A program made the position numbers and the translations under genes. Positions 54,638 through 64,000 of a stretch of 64,000 bases of DNA are shown piece by piece. The first letter of the stretch is position 1. Each line of letters starts with the position of its first letter. This DNA is from Octopus sinensis (lineage: Eukaryota), in assembly GCF_006345805.1 (NCBI RefSeq), contig NC_043005.1, forward strand, positions 81,344,001 through 81,408,000, given 5' to 3'. Below the pieces are notes generated by a model. That model saw only the letters and a program-made list of their open reading frames with translations. It was not told the origin of the DNA and searched no databases.

Positions 54638-56240
54638 CACACACGTCAATCAGCTTCTTTCGGTTAGGCCTCATGAGCGAAGATTTAGAGAGGAGAGAGA
54701 CTAGGTTTGTTGCAGACTTGATGATGATTTATACGATCCGGGAGAAAAGGACATGATCGCAAAAAGTGCGTAGCGATATGGACGGACCAGGGTTGGTCAT
54801 AGTATCCTTATTTTACCCTTTTCTTTTTTTCCTTTCTCTTGTCTGCAAGGGTGTTGTCTGACTTCAATGACACATCAAGATTTATTGTCAGCGCCAAGAC
54901 CAGACTACTGTCAGTGATTAGTGTGCAAGCGTGTTTATGCGCTTCAAAGTTTGTGTGTGTGTGTGTGTGTGTGTGTAAGGAAACAAAGAAAGAAAGCAGT
55001 CAGAAAATATGTGTTTTGCTAACTTAACATTTACCTACAACCAAAATTAAGGAGCAGATAGTCATGTTCGTCACTTAAAACAGTGCCTATCATAAGTTCG
55101 TGTTCCATACTATTTTTTTCATCTAACTTCAGAAAACCTTATTGCTTATAATATTTTGAAGCATTATTACATTTCTAAACATTCCATATACCAAAGTTGT
55201 GTCACAGATACTTAAATCAAATACAGTCTTCTAAATTACATTACTCCATCGCAGAAGTTTTACTCAGTAGGTAAATTTACTCTAGTTAAGATAGTCTTGG
55301 AAAGTTCTCTTGTTATCCATCCCACGATAATACCCAGGATCAACAACGTAATATTTCTCATGTACATGGACAATTGCTTCGTTTTAGAATATTGATCCTG
55401 CTAATTTACTACTACATAATTTATCGAACATAGTATATAATATATAAAAAGAAAAACGAGCAATTGTGCTATTTTGCATTTTCATATTCTATCATATTAT
55501 TGCCGTTATGCATACCATCAATTTAGCCTAGTCTCGGCAGCGTTTTATTTTTATTGTTTATAACGTTTTTGAATTACATCAACTGTTTTATTTCTGTTTA
55601 CACGTACGCATAAAATAACTGTAAAACTGAATTAAATTGATTAATTCTTTGCAAAATATTCATAAAATTCTTTGTCTAATGCCAAAAAAAATGACCATAA
55701 TTTTAAACTGGATATTCCTCATTCCGTACAACATTAGTCACAAAAAAAATTCAATTTACTGATAATATTAAAATTATACTAATATGGAAATAGGTGAAAA
55801 TTTTTGTTGTCTTTTTCTATATATTTAATATATTTTAATATACAATGATCACTGAATAAAATATAAGCATCTATTAAAATTGAAAATTCACAAAACTGCA
55901 AAACAAAAGTTAATATATTCCGAAAATTCAATTATAATGGTATTATATTCCAATTATTTTGTCTAAAGTATAACATGAAATTACATTATATTGAAATTAG
56001 ATTTATGGGCATTAAATTATGTCGAAAATTGCACTCATGATCTTTAATAAAATAGAAATATCTTCGAGCTATTTATTTTTATTTATTGTCTTAGATGAGA
56101 ATTACAAATGACTGACTTAATATGCTTCTGGTATCTCACTAAACTTAGATGCCAATATTTTATAACTGGTCACAGGCACCGTTAGGAACATGCAACCATG
56201 CACATATATGGATGCATTTTCCTAAGTCTTTCTCTCTCTT

Positions 56241-56279
<39 letters not shown>

Positions 56280-58529
56280 GTTTATCCGTTTGTGTGCTTA
56301 TGTGTGTATGTGTAACTTTGTTGAGGAATTAGAATATACAGAGATGTCTCCCAATGCCTGGAAATGTTCCTCTTCCAAATCACTCTCGAAACATTACAAT
56401 TATATAATTAAGAAGCAGTTGGATCCTAGAAATGAATGTCTGTTTCAAATATGGATGATGAACTGCAATGTGGCGTCTTATAGCTGTAGACTACATTCAT
56501 GTGGAGGTAGTCTTTTTACTTCCGCTTTCTTTCTCACTCAGTCTCACTCTGTTTTCAGTTCTCTCTCTCTCCCTCTGTCTGTTACTCCTCCGCTGTCCCT
56601 CTCGCTTCTATCTCGCCTACTCTATTATTAAGTAACATGCTTCTGCAATATCTTTAAAAGCTGTCTTTGTCGAGTAATTTTCACTGATTTCGTAGCCCTG
56701 AAGATGAATTAAATGGCAATTGACCAAGCTGGAATCGAACACGCCATAAAAAAAAACATCAGAAACGAGGACTCTAGCGAATCCGACCGGAGAAAAAACA
56801 AAGAAATCTAAATCTTTAGAAGGTAATGACTATTTCTGTGTCCTTACATATAAAAACTTGAACTCATTTTAAATTTCTACTCCCCAAATAACGAATGCTT
56901 CATTTGATAGAAAAGGCTGTAACATTTTACTTTGCCCCATAAATGCAACAAATAAAGACATGATATAGTTTTAGCATACTTTCTCCCATCTCACTTAAAT
57001 AAATCACAAGCACAAGATTAACCATATTGGAAATAGTATGAATGTAGAAAGTCGGTCAGAAAGTATTATGGGACCAATGTTTCTGCAACGTATCAATTGA
57101 AATAGAAAATATCCCCTAGGCGTCTAAGTAGAATGCAAAATATTAAATTTAATTATAAAATACACGAAGATATATTGTAATCTGTCTATGTTTACTTTCC
57201 AAATTTGTTAATCAACAAAAAATGGTGAAACTAGTTCTGTAAACTTCGAGGTCAGAATGTTTTTAATATTATTTCTCACGAGAAACCTGAGGCTGTCTTA
57301 GGGTAAATAATTACTAGAGTAAAAGTACGGTATGTTATGACTGTAAGAAATTGTCCAGCGATGCAATTATGAAACTTTCTATAGTTAATGACAAAATAGC
57401 TTCGATGCATTACCAATTTCAGTCTGTTTCAAAAATGCCACAGTTCTTTTTTACATTATATAACCTCACGAATTTGTAGCAGAAGCAAATTCTCTAAATG
57501 TAGAAAAACATCAGTTGTATCTCATATGAAAGTAAGAAGATATTTCAGAAAAGAGAAAAAAAAAACATACCAAGCTACAACTAAAGAAAGTAAACTCATA
57601 AAAGCTTGTTAGTTACGTTAGAAAATGCAACACAGCAAAACTTCTAAGCAAGACCTTTAGGTCTATCTTCACGCTATAATAAATAATATCAACAACCTTC
57701 TATCAGACGGGAGACTATGGATAAAATAACCGGGAGAAAATACAATACAGGAATAGTAAAGGCATATAATTCTAGAGACTAAGTTAATGAATGAAAATAA
57801 ACTTCTTTAATCTATTTGAAAAACCACCAAGTATCTCAGACCATCCTGTCATGTTATAAAGAAACTTTACTATTTCTACAAATGATTTTTATCAAACAGA
57901 ACTAATGTTTTTTTTTTCTTTTTATGAAATTCTCTTTCAATAACAGGAGCCCTCTTGCATCCAGAAATTAGAATGCATGCTGAAAATTTACGCCAAGACA
58001 AAAAGTAATATGGGAGTAAAAATCACTTCTACTGTTAGACTCAGCTAACTCTCAATAAAAGGAATCTAAAATATGGCTAAAACAGTTCAAAGGTATTAAT
58101 TCATCAGTTACTGCAGTTAATTTTACAAGAAAATATCGCTCTTTAAGAATATCCCCTACCACCACCATCACCACCATCACCAGCAACCATTCAAAGATTT
58201 GGACCTGGAGATCTTAATTTCCAGCAACTACAAGGGCCACCTCCCAGTGGTGTCGTGTGTGAACGAAGAGCCCTCGATTACAAGACAACCAAAGTTTTAC
58301 TTTTTTCCAAGGTCTGGGTCTCCCGCACCTAAGCCCTAGACCATCGCCTAATCACCCTTACCCGTCTTGTTGCTTAACAACAACAACAGCACCACCAGCA
58401 CTATGAATCATAGAAGAGTATCAACACAAATGGTTTTCAAAAAGCCATATTGAAGATTAGAATCTAAAATTTATTTTATTTCTAGATTTAGCTTAGATTT
58501 CGATAAAATCCATTTAGTCGAAATGATGC

Positions 58530-59150
58530 ACATACTCAAGGAGGATGCTATCCAATGTACCACCATAGACGCAATCGACTCTCTCCAGGAAGCTGAAGTG
58601 GCTCAGATTCTATAAGCTAATGGGTGTATAGATTATTTCAGATCTTAGTGAGAGTACTACAAGGTTACATGCATGCAAATTTCTTGTTCAATATGACCGT
58701 GGACTTCATATAATAAATACAGAAGAAATAGGTTTCCAAGTAGCACTTTAAAAAGAGAACAGCATTATGCTACTCTTATTTTTGCCGATATAGAAATGTA
58801 TATATATAGAAAAGATTTTTCTAATTCTATCAAGGATGTTTGTTTACTACTGCAACGAGTTGAGAAAACCACAAAAAATGTTGGGACGGTGTGACTGAGT
58901 TTATGGCTTTCAACCAACGAAAACAACACACAATATATGTCGTCAAATTGTGCGAAGTGGAAATCTAAACTAAGTTCTTAGAGGAACTTAAAAATCATAT
59001 TGATATATGGATCGGAATGCTGGACACGTATAAAAGTAATATAAAATCTACTAAATAGACAAATATACCAGGATGTTAAAGAAAGTGGAGAGCAACTATT
59101 TAAAGTGACATACTGCGGAGTAAGTTATGTGAAAGTACATCTTTATTTAC
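58530..59150 (+). mobile_element. Highly decayed RTE-type LINE fragment
   Basis: Broken frames give FLFNMTVDFI, LIFADI, ILIYGSECWT and YTRMLKK, matching RTE motifs LF.IVLDY, FADD, LLYGSE.WT and YTRMLR. Confidence 0.7.
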
Positions 59151-59489
59151 CGAAAACATCAAACAGAACAGAATAGGTTTAAATAAATTCTCCAAAATGT
59201 CTGTTTACTCCACAATAATTTTAGCAGTCCTGACTTTGTTTACTTTTCATACTTTGGCTATATTAGTATATACATACATACACAACTATATATATATATA
59301 TAAAACAAAGCAAAATAGTTCATGTACGCATACATACAGAAGTGTATATACATACACACGGCACCCCCTCCCATTTATATATTTATAGATATATATATAA
59401 CATCATAATGTAGGGGTGCTGAGTATATATCTATATTTCTATATGTATGCGATATGAACGATAGTATGTATTTTACTATACACATACAC

Positions 59490-59540
<51 letters not shown>

Positions 59541-59591
59541 TAAACCGATCGATCGATATATAGATAGGTAGATAGATAGATACACAGAGGC

Positions 59592-59628
<37 letters not shown>

Positions 59629-60565
59629 TGCATATATGAGAGAGCATATGTTAGTTTGAGTAACTTGATATCGATAACCAAACGGTTCCACTATCGAAAC
59701 TGTAACGTAATGCATATGAATCAAACTGACAAGCTATTGCTAAAATTCCATAATGTTTGAAAGCATTTGTGAGAATAAGAGTAAACACGCCATTAATAGT
59801 CTGTTATATCCTACCAAATTAAATAACACAACGGAGCTAAAAAAAATACAATGATGTGGTTGCTACAAAATTCGTTTCTTTCAACAAAAATTTTAGTAAG
59901 CATCATCTGACAGATTTTTGTGGAATTGTTATGGCATGTGGAAACTTTATACACACACACACACATGTTTATATATACATATATGTTAGTATGTAAATAT
60001 TTTATATATACATATATGTTAGTATGTAAATATTTTACATACATATATGTGTCTGTATATTATGTGAACTTATACGTATATACTGTGGTGTGTGTGTAGA
60101 CACGTGGCTTACTGGTTTAGGCCTTGCACTCATGATTATAAGTGTGCGGTTTCGATTTGATTCCTATGTATGTATGTATGTGTGTATGTATGTGTGTATG
60201 TATGCATGTGCGTGTATGTTTCACTGTGTGCGTGTGTATACATGATTGTATATAACTGTGTTTCCGTGGGTCTGTATCTGTTTACATGCATCTCTGTATA
60301 TTATAATAATATCAATATGCCACTAATTGATTTCAAATTATGGGTCCAGACCAGCAATGTTGAGGTCAGGGCCTAAGTCAAATTATATGGACCCCGATGC
60401 TCAACTCGTACTTATTACACTGTTCCCGGAGTATGAAGGGCAAAGCTGACCTCGGCGGAATTTGAACTCACAACGTAAAGACTAACGAAATGCCGCTAAT
60501 CCAAATCCTAACCCTAATGATTGTTGCAGGTCTCCGCCTTTACTAAATATCAATACACTATAAAA

Positions 60566-60602
<37 letters not shown>

Positions 60603-60606
<4 letters not shown>

Positions 60607-61008
60607 CGTAGTTGAGTCGTAAGAGGCTTGCTTCTCAAACGCATGGGTCCGTGTTCAGTGCCACTGCGTGGAAACTTCGGCTACTCTCATCTTATTTCTT
60701 TATTGCCTACAAGGGGGCTAAACATAGAGGGGACAAACATGAACAGACAAAGAGATTAAGTCGATTACATCAACGTCAGTGCATAACTGGTACTTAATTT
60801 ATTGATCCCGGAAGGATGAAAGGCAAAGTCGACCTGACGGAATTTGAACTCAGAACGTAACGGCAGACGAAATAAGCATTTCGCCTGGCGTGCTAACGTT
60901 TCTGCCAACTCGCTGCCTTTAGCCTTCGGCTAATGTCTTCTGCTATAGCCTCAGCCAACCAAAGCCTTGTGGGTGGATTTGGTAGACGGAACCTGAAAGA
61001 AGCTCTTC

Positions 61009-61044
<36 letters not shown>

Positions 61045-61245
61045 TTATATATGTTTGTGTGTCAGTGTTTATTCCCCTCACCATCACTTGACAACCGATA
61101 TTGGTGTGTTTATGTCTCCGTAACTTGGTGGTTCGGCAAAATAGACTGGTAGAATAAGTACTAGGCTTACAAAGTCCTGGGATCAATTTCTTCGACAAAA
61201 GACGGTGCTCCAGTATGGCCGCAGCTAAATGAGTCAAACAAGTTA
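60603..61245. mobile_element. Nested SINEs: + SINE (60603-60683, 60924-61245) interrupted by a - SINE of another family (60684-60923)
   Basis: 9-bp direct repeat cttcggcta at 60675-60683 and 60924-60932. Confidence 0.8.
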
Positions 61246-61313
61246 AAGAAATAAATAAATATATATATATATACATACATATATATATATGTGAGTCTAT
61301 GTGTGTGTACCAG

Positions 61314-61395
<82 letters not shown>

Positions 61396-61408
61396 CTGTG
61401 TTTATGCA

Positions 61409-61445
<37 letters not shown>

Positions 61446-62026
61446 GTGAGAATATGTGTGTGTATGTATGTATATTTATTCATATGAGTGATCATATATT
61501 CATGTATGTTTGTGCATGAAAGCTTCATGCGTTTGTATGCAACAATACGTCTACAAATCCCGTTCTATAAATCTGTGTCTTTTCTAGTGTATTGCGCAAG
61601 TATGTTCATGTGTGCGCATGTGTATGAGCCCGTGTGTCCACGTGAGATTTTGGAAAAAGAAACATTTATCATTTGCTTGGTTTAAAAGAAAGAAAAAAAC
61701 AGAATCATGTAAATCTTAGCTATGTTATTACATTATCTCTACAATTATCGCCTAATACGTTACACAGAAAAATAAATGTACCACAAAAGAAAATCCCCAT
61801 CTTATTTATATTATTATCAACAATATTATAATCATCATCATCATTATTATTATTATTATTACTATTATTATTATATCATTATTATTACTACTATTATTAC
61901 TATTTTATCATTATTATTACTACTACTACTATTATTACTATTATTATTTTATTATTATTATTATTATTATTAATATTATTACTACTACTATTATTATCAT
62001 TATTATTATTTTTATCATTATTATTA

Positions 62027-63193
62027 CTACTACTGCTTCTATTATTATTATTTTTAATATTATTATTGTCACTAATGGCTTCGTCGTTGTCATCGTTGTT
62101 ATTGTTGTTTTTCTTCTTGTCCTTCTTCCTCTTCTTCCCATTATTACAACTATCATTAATAGTAGTCGCAGCAGTGGTTGTAGCAGTAGTAGTTGTAATA
62201 GGAGGCGGAGGGGGAGGTATATTGTTATTAATATTTTTATTTTATTTTTTCGCTTCTTTACATCGTCTTGTTTCTTAACTACATTGTTTGTTCCCCGTTT
62301 CTTTTTCTTCCTATCACACATTCACTATAAATAATAACATACCAATCTATTCTGCTTTTTAGTAATCTGTCATTGTTATGTCTTGTATTGTCGCCTTCAT
62401 GGAAATAAAAAAATACATAAAGAAAATCCTTATCGTCCTTGTTTCTGCTTTTCTTATTGTATGTTATGAATGTTGATTCTTTATTTTCACTATGGCCATT
62501 ATTATGATCTGTTATTATTATTATTATCATTATTGTTATTATGACTGTAATAGAAATTATTATTATTATATTATTATTATTATTTATTATTATTATTATT
62601 ATTATTAATATTATTACTACTACTATTATTATCATTATTATTATTTTATTATTATTATTATTACTACTACTGCTTCTATTATTATTATTTTTAATATTAT
62701 TATTGTCACTAATGGCTTCGTCGTTGTCATCGTTGTTATTGTTGTTTTTCTTCTTGTCCTTCTTCCTCTTCTTCCCATTATTACAACTATCATTAATAGT
62801 AGTCGCAGCAGTGGTTGTAGCAGTAGTAGTTGTAATAGGAGGCGGAGGGGGAGGTATATTGTTATTAATATTTTTATTTTATTTTTTCGCTTCTTTACAT
62901 CGTCTTGTTTCTTAACTACATTGTTTGTTCCCCGTTTCTTTTTCTTCCTATCACACATTCACTATAAATAATAACATACCAATCTATTCTGCTTTTTAGT
63001 AATCTGTCATTGTTATGTCTTGTATTTGTCGCCTTCATGGAAATAAAAAAATACATAAAGAAAATCCTTATCGTCCTTGTTTCTGCTTTTCTTATTGTAT
63101 GTTATGAATGTTGATTCTTTATTTTCACTATGGCCATTATTATGATCTGTTATTATTATTATTATCATTATTGTTATTATGACTGTAATAGAA

Positions 63194-63215
<22 letters not shown>
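62027..63215. repeat. About 637-bp near-identical tandem duplication within a (TTA)n low-complexity tract
   Basis: 62030-62580 versus 62667-63215; unique core identical apart from tgtattgtcg versus tgtatttgtcg. Confidence 0.95.
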
Positions 63216-63231
<16 letters not shown>

Positions 63232-63424
63232 CCATATTATTATTATGACTGTAATAGAAATGATTATTATTATTATTATCCTTATTATTATTATGACTGT
63301 AATAGAAGTGATTATTATTATTATTAGTAGTAGTAGTAGTGTTATTATGCCTATAATAGAAAGGGATAGTATTACTATCATTATTATTAATACCCGGCGT
63401 TGCCAGGTATTAAAATGGCATAGC

Positions 63425-63970
63425 TTTTTTCTTATTGCTTTACTTGTTTCAGTTACTTGGCTACGGCCATGTGAGAACGCCCCTTTTAATCGAATAAATC
63501 GACCCCAGGACATATTCTTTGTAAGCCTAGTATTTATTTTATCGGTTTTTTTGACGAACCACTAATTTACGGGGACGTAAACACAGCAATATCGTTTGTC
63601 AACCGATGGAAGAGGTACAAAGACACACAGACAAATATACACATATATACGACATTCTTCTTTCAGTTTCCATGTACGAACTCCACTCACAAGGCTTTGA
63701 TTGACCTGAGGCTATAGCATATATTTGCTTGTCAACCACACGGTTCCGGGTTCAGTCCTAATGCCTGGCACCTTCGGCAAGTGTCTTCTTCTACAGACTC
63801 GGGACGACCAAAGTCTTGGAATTCGATTTGGCAGACGGACACTGAAAGAAGCCCGTCGTATATGTGTGTGTGTGTGTGTGTGTGTGTTTATGTGTGTAAA
63901 TTTGTGTGTGTGCCTGTGATTGTACGCCACCATTGCTTGACAATCGATGTTAGAGTGTTTACGTCCTGAA
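63425..63970 (-). mobile_element. SINE (1931-2310 family) followed by a + strand partial copy
   Basis: ttacttgtttcag..ggccatg...gggttcagtcc...ggcaagtgtcttct. Confidence 0.8.
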
Positions 63971-64000
63971 ACCAATTGTTCTCTTTTATTTATATATATA

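Noticed and set aside
61944-63565. Poly-I/L hydrophobic ORFs
   Set aside because: (TTA)n low complexity and duplication.

Overview
AT-rich, repeat-dense eukaryotic DNA. The SINE families and the (TA)n/(CA)n/(TAGA)n/(TTA)n load resemble coleoid cephalopod (Octopus-like) genomic DNA; this is recognised from memory, not from a search. I found no intact protein-coding gene, rRNA, true tRNA or CRISPR array, and nearly all ORFs in the supplied track are microsatellite artefacts. Well-supported content: many tRNA-headed SINEs, decayed RTE and CR1/L2-type LINE fragments, an internally deleted mariner, hAT and Tc1/mariner MITEs, a Helentron-like non-autonomous element, several long foldback palindromes (three clustered at 24.5-25.8 kb) and two near-identical tandem duplications. 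The most interesting but speculative observation is a possible decayed Toll-like-receptor-type gene at about 3.9-6.3 kb (+), whose TIR-like frame becomes continuous when a hAT MITE is removed. Weaker LRR/TIR-like (19.4-21.1 kb) and GPCR-like (37.6-38.0 kb) relic candidates are also noted.
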